Under the pieces are notes generated by a model. The model was given only the letters and a program-made list of their open reading frames with translations, had not been told where the DNA came from and did no database searches. This document shows, one piece after another, positions 36,201-48,765 of a DNA stretch of 64,000 bases (positions within the stretch are counted from its first letter, which is position 1; every line of letters starts with the position of its first letter). A program made the translations under genes and the position numbers. The stretch lies in NCBI GenBank assembly GCA_964016885.1, contig OZ024743.1, forward strand, positions 83,948,001 to 84,012,000, in the 5' to 3' direction. The stretch is from Eledone cirrhosa. Lineage: Eukaryota.

Positions 36201-36943
36201 AAGACTACAGAAGGAATGTTAATGGCTGCCCAAGAGCAGGCCCTCAAAACGAAGTGGTTGAAACACCATATTTACAAGGAGGAGGCTAGCCCACTGTGCA
36301 GGATCTGTGGAGAGAGAGAGGAGACTGTGGCTCACATTGTATCCGAGTGTAAACACCTAGCCCACACTCACTATAAGGGCTGGAGACATGATGTGATGGG
36401 CAGGGTGATCCACTGACACCGATGCAAAGTAAACAATTTACCATATTCTGAGAAGTGGTATGAGCACAAGCCAGAGTCGGTGATAGAAATCGATCAGGTG
36501 AAGGTGCTGTGGGATTTTAGGATACAGATGGACAAAAAACTGGAACACAATAGACCTGACCTGGTGGTTTTGGACAAAGAAAAAAGAGCGTGCCTGATTG
36601 TGGATGTGGCCTGCCCATTCGACACGAGAGTGCAAGAGAAGGAGAGGGAGAAAATTAACCGATACCAGGACTTAAAGTGGGAGGTAAAAAGGATTTGGAA
36701 CTGCCATGAAGTCAAAGTGTTCCCGATTGTCATAGGCGCACTAGGGACTATCTCAAAAAGTTTCCAGGGATGGTTAAAGAAAATTGGCCCCTTCACGCTT
36801 TTTGGAACGCTTCAAAAGGCATGCTTGCTGGGAACAACAAGAACCCTCCGATACGTCCTGAATATCTGAGGCTGCAGGTAGTGGCTTGATATTAATTCCA
36901 ACGGATTTCCAGTTAACTAACATCAATGACTGAGACTCAAAGA
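33290..36943 (+). mobile_element. R4/Dong-like family A, copy 3 (disrupted ORF, short leader)
   Basis: ORF fragments 33500..34159, 34327..35421, 35455..36222, 36216..36416 and 36480..36869 are colinear with copy 1; same 3'UTR; (AAT)n at 36946-36974. Confidence 0.95.
33500..36869 (+). pseudogene. Disrupted R4/Dong RT-RLE ORF (copy 3)
   Basis: Frameshifts, small deletions and stops at 35421 and 36416. Confidence 0.93.
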
Positions 36944-37219
36944 ACAATAATAATAATAATAATAATAATAATAAAGTTTTCTTTATTAACCACAAGGGTT
37001 TACATAAAGTAGACATTAAGGACAGTACAGGACAATACAGGACGGTACAAATGGGCATTTCTGCGTGTAAAAAAAACAGAGGTTGAAATAAAATAACAAA
37101 GAAAAATTCCCCAATAGGGGGGAGACTTCCGAGGGACATTTGTGGAGAAAGCCCATTAAAAGACCACAGTGGCCCTGACCACCAGGGCAAGTGCCCTCTC
37201 CCAGTTTTCCACCTTTAAT

Positions 37220-40200
37220 TTACAGACACATGCTCAGAGAAGGCCCATTCATTCGGGCCATACTTGCTTCTCTCACCCATCTTTCAACAAAATGCTGGGA
37301 AGAGAGCACTTCCCTCTCTACCCTGATTTTCCTTTTCAAATGAAATTTGAAAAAGTTAATCAGGGCATCACCGAAGAGGTAAGTGCTCGTCTTCAGCCCT
37401 TTCAAACGTGTCCACCATACTATCTCTTTCGCCATGGCCACCAGACAGATAAAAACTGCCTGCCCTTCCCGGCTAAAGGAAGGGGGCGGGGCAATCCTCA
37501 CGATGGACTCAGCTGATAGCTGGATCCGTCCTACACGTGACAGCAGGTGTTCGACATAAACCCACAAGTCAGCAATGCTCGGACACTGGACGAGTGCGTG
37601 CAGGACGGTTTCGTCGCCCTGCGCGCATCTCGGACATGCCCGGCTGACGGCACCTCCATGCCTGTAGAGTTTATCCCGAACTGGCAAAGCTCCTCGGTAG
37701 CACTGCCAGGCCAGAGATTTCTGGAAGTTGTCCATAGGCCCCGGCCCGAAAGTCCTTCCGAAGAGATTGGCTAGTTGATTTTCGTCGACGCCTAGAGTTT
37801 CTCCAAGTACGTCGTCGCTCTTCCCCTCCACTAATCCCCTATAGAACGCCAAGGTGGAGTTTCCACCGATCACATTGCCCGATTGGTCGAGGGCTGTGAG
37901 CGCCTGAAGACATTCCAGTCTCCAAGCGCTCCCTCTCGGTCTTCGCTTGACCCAGGACTGCAGCTCCGTCAAGGAGACGAGCTGGGGAAAAACGTGTCTA
38001 GCAAACGGCGACCACACCTGATCACCGTCGAGGAAGAGGTGGAGATGTCGTAGCCTGAGCGCGTGTCTGCGCATCATCAGCCACGGCATGCCCAGCCCTC
38101 CACGTAGCGGGTGTTGACAGCAGATGGACCGCCTGAACATCGGAGCGCGTCCCTTCCACAAGAAGCGAAAGAGCAAACGCTCCAGCGCAGTCAGGCGGGG
38201 CTTAGGACAAGGTACGACGGTCAGGCAGTAGTAGATGACGGATGCGATGTACGCATTCGCCACCTCCGCTCGACCTTTCAGGGATAGCTTCCTCTCGGCC
38301 CATTTCTGGGTGAGAGAAGCCACCCTGCTCGTCACCTCGTCCCAGTTTTTGTCCGTCTGGAGGTCTGGACCGAACCAGACCCCTAGCAATTTAATCGGTC
38401 CGTCTGTCCAACGCCCGACGACGCTGTTGGACGGCATGGACCTGCCTCTCCAGGTGCCGAGCTGCAGGCCCACTGACTTTTCCTGGTTGATCATTGCTCC
38501 TGTCACCGCTTCGTATTCTCTTAGTGTAGTGCCGATCGCCTCGATGTGTTTGGCGTTCGACACCACTACGATGACATCGTCGGCATATGCTGACACGGAT
38601 CTTCCGCATCCTAGTTCGCGCGGGACCCCCCTCAACGTCTCCAGTTTGTGCAGTAATGGCTCGAGAGTCAATACATACAATAGGGACGAGAGGGGACATC
38701 CTTGGCGGACCGAGCGCATGATGTTGAACGGTTCCGAAAGGTGACCGTTCACTCTCACTACAGAGCAGATGTCGCTGTGCATGGCAGCGATCCAGCCTCT
38801 GAAGACGGGCCCAAAGCCAGCCGCCCTCAGGACTGCCGCTAGGTAACGATGGTCGACCCTATCGAAGGCTTTCGACTGATCTAAATTGATCAAAGACCCA
38901 CCCGTGCCAGGTTCCCTAGCTACCCTCTCTACGATGTATCGCATGAGGTGGAGGTTGTCGTGGATGGATCTGTCGGGAATGGCGCATGTCTGTGCCTCTC
39001 CCACCAGACCACCAACGACAAGCGCCAACCTCTTTGCTAGCACCTTGGCCAAAATCTTGAACTCTGTGTTTAGCAGAGTTATGGGCCTAAAATTATCTAT
39101 GTTATCCCCCTTGTTCGGATCCTTTCTCAGCAACGCCACCGCTCCTCGGCTCACAGAGCTGGGAATTCTCCCGTTCTGTTGCCAGTTGCAGTAGACGTCC
39201 GCCAAGAGGCCTCCGAACAAGTTTGGCATTTGTACGTAAAGTTCATAGGGCAGACCATCCAAACCAGGCGATTTACCCCTTGTGCAACTAGTCATTGCAT
39301 CCCGTACTTCAGCGGTTGTTATCGGCTTTTCGCAACACTTCGCCTCAGTGGCCGAAAGCCGCGGCAGTCCGTCGAGGTAGACACTAAAGTCCATCCCTCG
39401 ATCCGGCCCGCCACTGCCCCCGAACAGTTGAGCGAAGTGTCGCTGAAAAGCTTCACACATTTGCCCGGGATCGAGTAGCATGCGCCCGTCGTGGTCCACC
39501 AAAGACCGGATCGTGGCTTTGTTGCCACGACGCGCCTCCGCCACTCGGGCCCATTGAACGGCTTTCGTCCCCTCGTGTCTGAGAGCACGCACCCTAGCTC
39601 TGACAACGCAGCCTTCGTGCTTTGCATTGAAGAATTGGTCAAGGGCCAATTTCGCCGCAAGTACGTCGGTCGCGATGCCTTTGCTAAGCGCCTCATCTAA
39701 TTTTCTAACTAATTTTCCCTCTGATCTATTTTTCTCTATTGCTAAAGTCTTACTAAACCTAATGGACTCTATTCTAATTGCTCTTTTCAGAGCAAACCAC
39801 CACTTGTTGTTGACGATGGCCCCCGTCAACGCCCGCTTAACTAGCTCGCTAATCCGGTCTCTGTAGGCCTTGCGCGCTGGTAAGGACGCGTTTAGCTTCC
39901 AGTAGCCGGGTCCTCGTCTATGAAGCCTATCTAAGTCAAGCACACAGATCACGAATTTGTGGTCCGTGTAGCTGACTATCTTGAATTGTGGACAGCCTAT
40001 GCTAGACCTATTTATTTCCCTACAAAATACTCTATCTAGATATGATCTGGATGACCCTATGCGATTTGTCCAAGTCCACATTGGTACATTCGGGAAATCC
40101 ATTCGGTACCTGTCAGACAGTTCAAAACGTCTGAGCAGGTTGGTGAGACTCTTGCACCCTCCTTCCCTATCCACTAATCCCACACAATCCCAGCGTGCAT

Positions 40201-40639
40201 CTAAGATCCCGTTCCAGTCGCCCACTAACACTAAAGAGCGGGACGTTCCAAGAAAGGTCTCCAGACGCCGGAAGAAATCAGGCCGCCCTGCTCCTGTCGG
40301 GGCATAGACGGCCACTAACCTGAAAGCTTGCCCGTCACCGCTGGTCACGTCCAGCACCACCAACTTACCTTCTGGGTCCAGGAAGATGGCCCGTATGGCA
40401 AGATCCAAACCTCTCCGAAAAAGCACAGCAACTCCTCCCCCCGATCCCGGACGGCTGGGAGATGCGTACACATCGTAGCCGCCGAAGATCGGTGCGAAAG
40501 CCTGTGCTTCGGAGATTCTGGTCTCGCTGATGGCCACTACATCTATGTTTAGTGACCTGAGGTCATTGAGCAGGTGGCCCTGCTTCCATGACGACCCCAA
40601 GCCACGCGCATTTATGCTGCCTATTCTGAGTGAGGTCAT
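37220..40639 (-). CDS. Tx1-like ORF2, 1139 aa: APE endonuclease, reverse transcriptase, CCHC knuckle; intact
   Basis: SINARG, SET, VYAP, GDWN, YLDRV, TDH, GPGYWKLN; KSPGLDG, NFRPITLLN, LDQSKAFD, QGCPLS, YADD; CPRCAQGDETVLHALVQC. Confidence 0.95.
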   Translation of the reverse strand: MTSLRIGSINARGLGSSWKQGHLLNDLRSLNIDVVAISETRISEAQAFAPIFGGYDVYASPSRPGSGGGVAVLFRRGLDLAIRAIFLDPEGKLVVLDVTSGDGQAFRLVAVYAPTGAGRPDFFRRLETFLGTSRSLVLVGDWNGILDARWDCVGLVDREGGCKSLTNLLRRFELSDRYRMDFPNVPMWTWTNRIGSSRSYLDRVFCREINRSSIGCPQFKIVSYTDHKFVICVLDLDRLHRRGPGYWKLNASLPARKAYRDRISELVKRALTGAIVNNKWWFALKRAIRIESIRFSKTLAIEKNRSEGKLVRKLDEALSKGIATDVLAAKLALDQFFNAKHEGCVVRARVRALRHEGTKAVQWARVAEARRGNKATIRSLVDHDGRMLLDPGQMCEAFQRHFAQLFGGSGGPDRGMDFSVYLDGLPRLSATEAKCCEKPITTAEVRDAMTSCTRGKSPGLDGLPYELYVQMPNLFGGLLADVYCNWQQNGRIPSSVSRGAVALLRKDPNKGDNIDNFRPITLLNTEFKILAKVLAKRLALVVGGLVGEAQTCAIPDRSIHDNLHLMRYIVERVAREPGTGGSLINLDQSKAFDRVDHRYLAAVLRAAGFGPVFRGWIAAMHSDICSVVRVNGHLSEPFNIMRSVRQGCPLSSLLYVLTLEPLLHKLETLRGVPRELGCGRSVSAYADDVIVVVSNAKHIEAIGTTLREYEAVTGAMINQEKSVGLQLGTWRGRSMPSNSVVGRWTDGPIKLLGVWFGPDLQTDKNWDEVTSRVASLTQKWAERKLSLKGRAEVANAYIASVIYYCLTVVPCPKPRLTALERLLFRFLWKGRAPMFRRSICCQHPLRGGLGMPWLMMRRHALRLRHLHLFLDGDQVWSPFARHVFPQLVSLTELQSWVKRRPRGSAWRLECLQALTALDQSGNVIGGNSTLAFYRGLVEGKSDDVLGETLGVDENQLANLFGRTFGPGPMDNFQKSLAWQCYRGALPVRDKLYRHGGAVSRACPRCAQGDETVLHALVQCPSIADLWVYVEHLLSRVGRIQLSAESIVRIAPPPSFSREGQAVFICLVAMAKEIVWWTRLKGLKTSTYLFGDALINFFKFHLKRKIRVEREVLSSQHFVERWVREASMARMNGPSLSMCL

Positions 40640-40673
40640 GTTGAAAAGGAGTGGAAAAGATGGGAAAGACCAC

Positions 40674-42661
40674 TTACCTTACTTCTTGTAGGGGAAGGAC
40701 GGTTTTTCCATCCTTTTCACAGCTTGTGGCCTCCTCAGGAAGGATGTCCTTATAAATCCTCCTGGAGAGTGCTTGTCGGAAGTCTCCGATGTCTTTGGGG
40801 AATTTTTGTTTTAGTGTCATGTACGTTTTCTGTGTGATGCGAGTGATTTGTAAGTGTGGAGGTGGTGTGAATTTTGGGGTTGTTGTGTAGTCTTTTTCTG
40901 TGATGCTGGTGTTGTGTTGGATGTAGTGTAATAATTGCTTGTTGTTCAAATTTAATGCTGTGTAGTGTGTATCGTTTTGGTTGTTTTGTTTTGTTTGCGT
41001 TTGTTGTGGGTTTGTTTCTGTTTCGCATTTTGGTGACTTTTGTGGTGTAGGTGATGGTGGTGCTGGGGTTAATGATGGTGATGGTGTTGGTGTTTGGGTT
41101 GATGGGGTTGGTGATGCTGGTGTGGATGGTGGCATATCTGTCCTAACTTTTTTGTTTCTTAATTTATTTGTTTCCCTCTGTATTTTGTTTTTGGAGGAGG
41201 AAGGAAGAGAATTTTTTCTTTTTTGGTTTCTTTTTTTTTTCCGGATATCGTTTCCCACTCCTCGTCGTCACAATCTGTCTCCAGTTGTGATAGGCCGGGG
41301 AGTGGAAAATCCTCCACAGCCGTTAGTTTTGGTTGTGGTGTGGTGGATGGTGTAGGCGCTGGTGCTAGTTCTGAAGCGTTGGGTGGTGGTGGTGTTGGTT
41401 TTGCTGGTGGTGGTAGTGGTGTTGGTTTTGCTACTGTTGCTGGGGTTGTTGCTGTTATAGTTGCTTCTGTTGTTGCTGCTACAGTTGTTGCTGCCATCTC
41501 TGCTACTGGTGGTGTTGATCGTTGTGTCACTGGGGTGGGTAGGAGAGGTGGCCTCAACCTTTTAGCCTGAGGGCAGAAAGCCCTTAGGTGGTTTCCTTCA
41601 CCACAAACGACACACCTAGGTCTTCTGCCCTCGACAATTACCGTGAGGTGGCTGCCGTCAGTGAGGTCTATTACCTCTGGGATCTCCTCAATGCTCTTTT
41701 GGTCCGCTTGGATCAGGAGCTCCATCCCAGATCCGGACCAGTTTTCCTGCTTTTCTTTTGCTATTGCTATTATTTTCGTGTTGGCTTCGATGCCGGCGAG
41801 GACGGCCGCTATTAGCCAGGGAATTTCGATGGCCGGTGGAACGTGGGTCACCCTGATCTTTACGAGTCTCTGGCCACAATAGCTTGGGACGAGTGTGAAG
41901 TCGTCACTTTTTAATGGGGCCATGGAGTGTTCTCTAGCCTCCTCTGGTGTTTCAAAGAACACGTCCACGGTTCCATACTTTTGCCCACGTCTGATGTGGG
42001 TTTTTCTTGCCCACACATGTCCCAAAGCTTTTTGGATTTGGGACTCGGATGCCCGTTCCACTCGGCGCGATTTTACATTTATTGTTCTATACGACACGGT
42101 GCATAGGCGCCGATGCTCCATTTTATTAGGTGGGGGGGTGAGGCTGACCCTGTACCCATCTTTCTTTACCATTTGTTTGGCATTTTCTAAATCTTCCTGT
42201 GTTACCGTAAATGCTTCGAATTGTTTTGCTACTCTGGCGAAACTGAGGGGGGGGGGGGTTATAATGTCATTGTTGTTGTTGTTGCTATCGTTAATATTAA
42301 TTTTAGTTTCAGTTGTGGTGGTGGTGACGTCAGTCGTCTTTGGTGGGGAAGAGTCCATTTTGCTTGATTTCATTTCGACATCACGAGTTAATTTATTTTT
42401 TTCTTCTTTTGTTCTGTTGTCGCGGTGGTGGTGGTGGTGGTGGTTGTCGCGGTGGTGGTGGTGGTGGAGGCTTTAACACCTGCAGTCATTGGTAATGGCG
42501 GGAAATGAATGTCTGCCTGAGACAAATTTAAAATATTGCTACTGCTTATATTTTTTTTTTGTGTTGGCAAACGTAGTAACATTTACAATGGTGGTGTCGG
42601 TGTGAGGTGTTATTTTGTGAGGAAGGCTTTCAGCTGCTTCGTGCAGAGGTGAAGTAGCCAT
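40674..42661 (-). CDS. Tx1-like ORF1 (RNA-binding, CX2CX4HX4C knuckle, P/T-rich), broken only at A-homopolymers
   Basis: Segments 42388..42582, 41159..42373 (CVVCGEGNHLRAFC) and 40674..41258; likely start AAAAAAAATGGCT at 42661; frame changes coincide with T-runs near 42555, 42398 and 41235. Confidence 0.75.
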
Positions 42662-42894
42662 TTTTTTTTCAAAGAAATTTTTTGATAATAACAGAAGTTA
42701 AAATTTTGGGTACAAGGCCCCAATCTTTTTGGGTGTCCTTTTCGGAAAACAATGTATGTGTGCTTATAAACAGTTAACAATAACATTTTCCATAAATGGC
42801 AATTTTTAACAAACGGAAATAACAAACCTTTGCGGAGCTCACGATGATACGATTTACTACGTAGGTCGCCAATAATAATAATAATATTAATAAT

Positions 42895-42953
<59 letters not shown>

Positions 42954-43206
42954 TTTCTTTATTAACCACAAGGGTTTACATAAAGTAGACATTAAGGACA
43001 GTGCAGGACAATACAGTACGGTACAAATGGGCATTTCTGCGTGTAAAAAAACAAAAAAAAACAGAGGGTGTAACAAAAAATAACAATGAAAAATTCCCCA
43101 ATAGGGGGGAGACTTCGGAGGGACATTTGTGGAGAAAGCCCAATAAAAAGCCACAATGACCCTGACCACCAAGGCAAGTGCCCTCTCCCAGTTTTCCACC
43201 TTTAAT

Positions 43207-46200
43207 TTACAGATATATACTCAGAGTAGGCCCATTCACTCGGGCCATTCTTGCTTCTCTCACCCATCTTTCAACAAAATGCTGGGAAGAGAGCACTTCC
43301 CTCTCTACTCTCATTTTCCTTTTCAAATGAAATTTGAAAAAGTCAATCAGAGCATCACCGAAGAGGTAAATGCTCGTCTTCAGCCCTTTCAAACGTGTCC
43401 ACTATACTATCTCTTTCGCCATGGCCACCAGACAGATAAAAACTGCCTGCCCTTCCCGGCTAAAGGAGGAGGGCGGGGCAATCCTCACGATGGACTCAGA
43501 TGATAGCCGGATCCGTCCTAAACGCGACAGCAGGTGTTCGACATAAACCCGCAAGTCAGTAATTTTTGGACACTGGACGAGTGCGTGCAGGACGGTTTCG
43601 TCGCCCTGCGCGCATCTCGGACATGCCCGGCTGACGGCACCTCCATGCCTGTAGAGTTTATCCCGAACTGGCAAGGCTCCTCGGTAGCACTGCCAGGCCA
43701 GAGATTTCTGGAAGTTGTCCATAGGCCCTGGCCCGAAAGTTCTTCCGAAGAGATTGGCTAGTTGATTTTCGTCGACGCCTAGAGTTTCCCCAAGTACGTC
43801 GTCGCTCTTCCCCTCCACTAATCCTCTATAGAACGCCGAGGTGGAGTTTCCACCGATCACATTGCCCGATTGGTCGAGGGCTGTGAGCGCCTGAAGACAT
43901 TCCAGTCTCCAGGCGCTCCCTCTCGGTCTTCGCTTGACCCAGGACTGCAGCTCCGTCAAGGAAACGAGCTGGGGAAATACGTGTCTAGCAAACGGCGACC
44001 ACACCTGATCACCGTCGAGGAAGAGGTGGAGATGTCGTATCCTGAGCGCGTGCCTGCGCATCATCAGCTACGGCATGCCCAGCCCTCCACGTAGCGGGTG
44101 TTGACAACAGATGGACCGCCTGACCATCGGAGCGCGTCCCTTCCACAAAAAGAGAAAGAGCAAACGCTCCAGCGCAGTCAGGCGGAGCTTAGGACAAGGT
44201 ACGACGGTCAGGCAGTAGTAGATGACGGATGCGATGTACGCATTCGCCACCTCCGCTCGACCTTTCAGGGATAGCTTCCTCTCCGCCCATTTCTGGGTGA
44301 GAGAAGCCACCCTGCACGTCACCTCGTTCCAGTTTTTGTCCGTCTGGAGGTCCGGACCGAACCAGACCCCTAGCAATTTAACCGGTCCGTCCGTCCAGCG
44401 TCCGACGACGCTGTTGGACGGCATGGACCTGCCTCTCCAGGTGCCGAGCTGCAGGCCCACTGACTTTTCCTGGTTGATCATTGCTCCTGTCACCGCTTCG
44501 TATTCTCTTAATGTAGTGCCGATCGCCTCGATGTGTTTGGCTTTCGACACCACTACGATGACATTGTCCGCATATGCTGACACGGATCTTCCGCATCCTA
44601 GTTCGCGCGGGACTCCCCTCAACGTCTCCAGTTTGTGCAGTAATGGCTCGAGAGTCAATACGTACAAGAGGGACGAGAGGGGACATCCTTGGCGGACCGA
44701 GCGCATGATGTTGAACGGTTCCGACAGGTGACCGTTCACTCTCACCACAGAGCAGATGTCGCTGTGTATGGCAGCGATCCAGCCTCTGAAGACGGGCCCA
44801 AAGCCAGCCGCCCTCAGGACTGCCGCTAGGTAACGATGGTCGACCCTATCGAAAGCTTTCGACTTATCTAAATTGATCAAGGACCCACCCGTGCCAGGTT
44901 CCTTAGCTACCCTCTCTATGATGTATCGCATGAGGTGGAGGTTGTCGTGGATGGATCTGTCGGGAATGGCGCATGTCTGCGCCTCTCCCACCAGACTACC
45001 AACGACAAGCGCCAACCTCTTTGCTAGCACCTTGGCCAAAATCTTGAACTCTGTGTTTAGCAGAGTTATGGGCCGGAAATTATCTATGTTATCTCCCTTG
45101 TTCGGATCCTTTCTCAGCAGTGCCACCGCTCCTCGGCTCACAGAACTGGGAATTCTCCCGTTCTGTTGCCAGTTGCAGTAGACGTCCGCCAAGAGGCCTC
45201 CGAACAAGTCTGGCATCTGTACGTAAAGTTCATAGGGCAGACCATCCAAACCAGGCGATTTACCCCTTGTGCAGCCAGTCATTGCCTCCCTTACTTCAGC
45301 GGCTGTTATCGGCTTTTCGCAACACTTCGCCTCAGTGGCCGAGAGCCGCGGCAGTCCGTCGAGGTAGACACTAAAGTCCATCCCTCTACCCGGCCCACCG
45401 CTGCCGCCGAACAGCTGAGCGAAGTGTCGCTGAAAAGCTTCACACATTTGCCCGGGATCGAGTAGCATGCGCTCGTCGTGGTCCACCAAAGACCGGATCC
45501 TGGCTTTGTTGCCACGACGCCGCTCCGCCACTCGGGCCCATTGAACGGCTTCGTCCCCTCGTGTCTGAGAGCACGCACCCTTGCTCTGACAACGCAGCCT
45601 TCTTGCTTTGCATTGAAGAATTGGTCAAGGGCCAATTTCGCCGCAAGCACGTCGGTCGCAATGCCTTTGCTAAGCGCCTCGTCTAATTTTCTAACTAGTT
45701 CTCCCTCTGCTCTATTTTTCTCTATTGCTAAAGCCTTACTAAACCTAATCGATTCTATTCTAATCGCTCTTTTCAGAGCAAACCACCACTTGTTGTTGAC
45801 GATGGCCTCCGTCAACGCCCGCTTAACTAGTTCGCTAATCCGGTCTCTGTAGGCCTTGCGCGCTGGTAAGGACGCGTTTAGCTTCCAGTAGCCGGGTCCT
45901 CGTCTATGAAGCCTATCTAAGTCAAGCACACAGATCACGAATTTGTGGTCCGTGTAGCTGACTATCTTGAATGAATTGTGGACAGCCTATGCTAGACCTA
46001 TTTATTTCCCTACAAAATACTCTATCTAGATATGATCTGGATGACCCTATGCGATTTGTCCAAGTCCACATTGGTACATTCGGGAAATCCATTCGGTACC
46101 TGTCAGACAGTTCAAAACGTCTGAGCAGGTTGGTGAGACTCTTGCACCCTCCTTCCCTATCCACTAATCCCACACAATCCCAGCGTGCATCTAAGATCCC

Positions 46201-46629
46201 GTTCCAGTCGCCCACTAACACTAAAGAGCGGGACGTTCCAAGAAAGGTCTCCAGACGCCGGAAGAAATCAGGCCGCCCTGCTCCTGTCGGGGCATAGACG
46301 GCCACTAGCCTGAAAGCTTGCTCGTCTCCGCTGGTCACGTCCAGCACCACCAGCTTACCCTCTGGGTCCAGGAAGATGGCCCGTATGGCGAGATCCAAAC
46401 CTCTCCGAAAAAGCACAGCAACTCCTCCCCCCGATCCAGGACGGCTGGGAGATGCGTACACATCGTAGCCGCCGAAGATCGGTGCGAAGGCCCGTGCTTC
46501 GGAGATTCTGGTCTCGCTGAAGGCCACTACATCTATGTTTAGTGACCTGAGGTCGTTGAGCAGGTGACCCTGCTTCCATGACGACCCCAAGCCACGCGCA
46601 TTTATGCTGCCTATTCTGAGTGAGGTCAT
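43207..46629 (-). pseudogene. Disrupted Tx1-like ORF2 (copy 2)
   Basis: 4-bp TGAA duplication near 45970, frameshift near 45550, TGG-to-TAG stops at 44068 and 43402; catalytic YADD mutated to YADN. Confidence 0.93.
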
Positions 46630-46664
46630 GTTTAAAATAGAGTGGAAAAGATGGGAAAGACCAC

Positions 46665-48765
46665 TTACCGTACTTTTGGTAGAGGAGGGATGGTTTTTAC
46701 ATCCCTTTTCACTTGATCGTCTGGTGAAGGGACCGTTGAATCGTCCCTTCGGCTGGTTGTCGGCTCTTCTAAGAGAATGTCTGAATATACTCTTCGATTG
46801 ATAGTTCCTCCTAGATCCCTGAAATCACCAACTGCGTTGGGGAATTTCGTTTTAATGTTTGTGTATTGTTTCTGTGCTATTTTTAGCAGTCTTATGTTAG
46901 TTGGCGTTTTGATTGGTGCTGGTATTATGTAGTCGTGTTGTGAAATGTCTGTGTGTTCAATTATGTAATTCATTAGTTTCTTGTTGTGTGTATTTATTGC
47001 CGTGCATTTGTTTTTCTGGGGGTGGGGTGTGGTTCTGCTATTTTCTTGTCGTTGTTGCTGGGTGTGTGTGTTTTGTTGTTGTGTTTGCGATGTTGGTGCT
47101 TGTGGTGGTGGTGTTGAAGGTGTTGTTGGCGGTGGGGTTGTCGCCGGTGGTGATGGTGGTGCTAGTGTGGGTGGTGATGGTGTTGGTGGTGTTGCTGCTG
47201 TGGGTCTCTTTGCAGTAGACTTTACCCTTTTCTCATTTCTTTCCTCCCTTTTCAAAGGCGACGATGCGCTGCTTCTGCGTTTGTGCCTTCTTACGACCTT
47301 TTGCCATCCCTCTCCCACCTCACACTCCATGTCTGATTCTGTGAGGTCGGGGAAGGGTACCAGCTCCACTCTTTCACTTGTTGTTGTTGGTGATGTTTGC
47401 ACTGGAGTCTCTGTTGCAGCTGCATTTGGTATTGCTGTTGTTGTTGTTAATATTTCCACTGCTGCTGCTGTTTTTGATTTCCGTGGCGTGGGTATGGGTG
47501 CCACGGACCTATCGTTCCTGGTTGCCGCTTGTCCTGTTGCTGGTAGCCGTGGAGCCGGTTTCGGAAGGAGGGGGGGTTCTCCTTTCTCAGGGTCTTCTCG
47601 TTGCAGAAGGCCCTGAGGTGAGTCTTCGATCCACAGCGAAAGCATTTCGGGCGTTTTCCCTCAACACTTATGGGCAGTTGAGTGCCGTTATCGAAGTCTA
47701 TCACATACGGGATAGCTTCGATGCACTCCTGGTTGGTTTGGATTAGCATCTCAATGGAGGTGCCGACCCAATCTTCTCTTACTTTGTTCTGTACTTGCAG
47801 TACAGTTGTTTTGTCCTCGATTCCGACGAGGACAGACGCGGCCAGCCAAGAAGGGGCCATTCCGGGGGGGACGTGGGTCAGTTTGACCCTCACAATTTTT
47901 GCCCGCAGTAGGAGGGCACCAACACCATTTCCTCGCTCCTTAGGGTCACTACGGATTGGGCCTTTGCCTCCTGGGGTGTGGCAAAAAGTACGTCTACGGT
48001 GGCATATTTTTTGCCTCGGGTGATGTGCGTTTTCCGCTGCCACACAGACCCCAAGGCTTTTTGTATTTGAGCCTCTGTGGCTCTTTCCACCCTACGGGAT
48101 TTTGTACTTACTGTACGGTACGTGACCGTACAGTGCTGTTGGGTTTCGAAAAATTTTTCCGCTGCCTTGCAGATTGCTCGGTGTCCGTTCTTTGTCACCA
48201 TCTTCTTCGCTTCCTCTAATTCCTCATTTGTTATGAGGATTGTTTCCAAGTTTTTCGCAATACCTGCAAATGAGATTGGTTTTTCTTTGCTGCTGTTGTT
48301 GTTGTTGTCGTCAGAGCTGCTGTTACTTTTGTTGTTGCTGCAGGTACTACGACTACTGCCTCCGCCGCTGTTGCTGTGGTTGTTGTTGGTGTTGCTGCTG
48401 CTAATGCTGTTGTTGTTTATGCTGCTGGTGATGCTGTTGCGGCTGCTACTGTTGTTTTCATTGTCACTGTTGCTGTTGTTATTACGGCTGCTACTGCTAT
48501 TATTCCTGACGTCAGACGAATGAACTGGGTTTTCGTATTTCCCGCACACCTGTTTCGTCGCTGTCGTCGTCGTCGTGGAGAAACCTTGCACGCTTTGCAC
48601 GAGACTTTTCTTTTCTTTCGTCACTTGCGAAAGAGAAGGGAGGGAGAGAGACACATTTAAAGAAGGGAGGGAGAGAGACAATCTTCTCTCTGCTGTAGTG
48701 ACGATTGAGGAAGAAGAAGACGGAATGAGTGGGAGTGACCTATGCAAATTCTTTTTCGTAGCCAT
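46665..48765 (-). pseudogene. Tx1-like ORF1 of a different type (copy 2), frameshifted at homopolymers
   Basis: Segments 47890..48765, 47447..48043 (CFRCGSKTHLRAFC) and 46665..47645; homologous to but strongly diverged from copy 1 ORF1. Confidence 0.82.

Larger units (their letters stand above)
36975..42870 (-). mobile_element. Full-length Tx1-like LINE, copy 1 (5'UTR, ORF1, ORF2, 3'UTR)
   Basis: Starts GGCGACC next to (TTA)n; two-ORF layout; 3' end CCCTTGTGGTTAATAAAGAAAACT then (TTA)n. Confidence 0.94.

Noticed and set aside
23742-36943. Dong array as a simple tandem segmental duplication or LTR structure
   Set aside because: Copies have different 5' truncation points, different leaders and independent mutations, and each ends at the same 3'UTR plus (AAT)n, which fits separate retrotransposition events.
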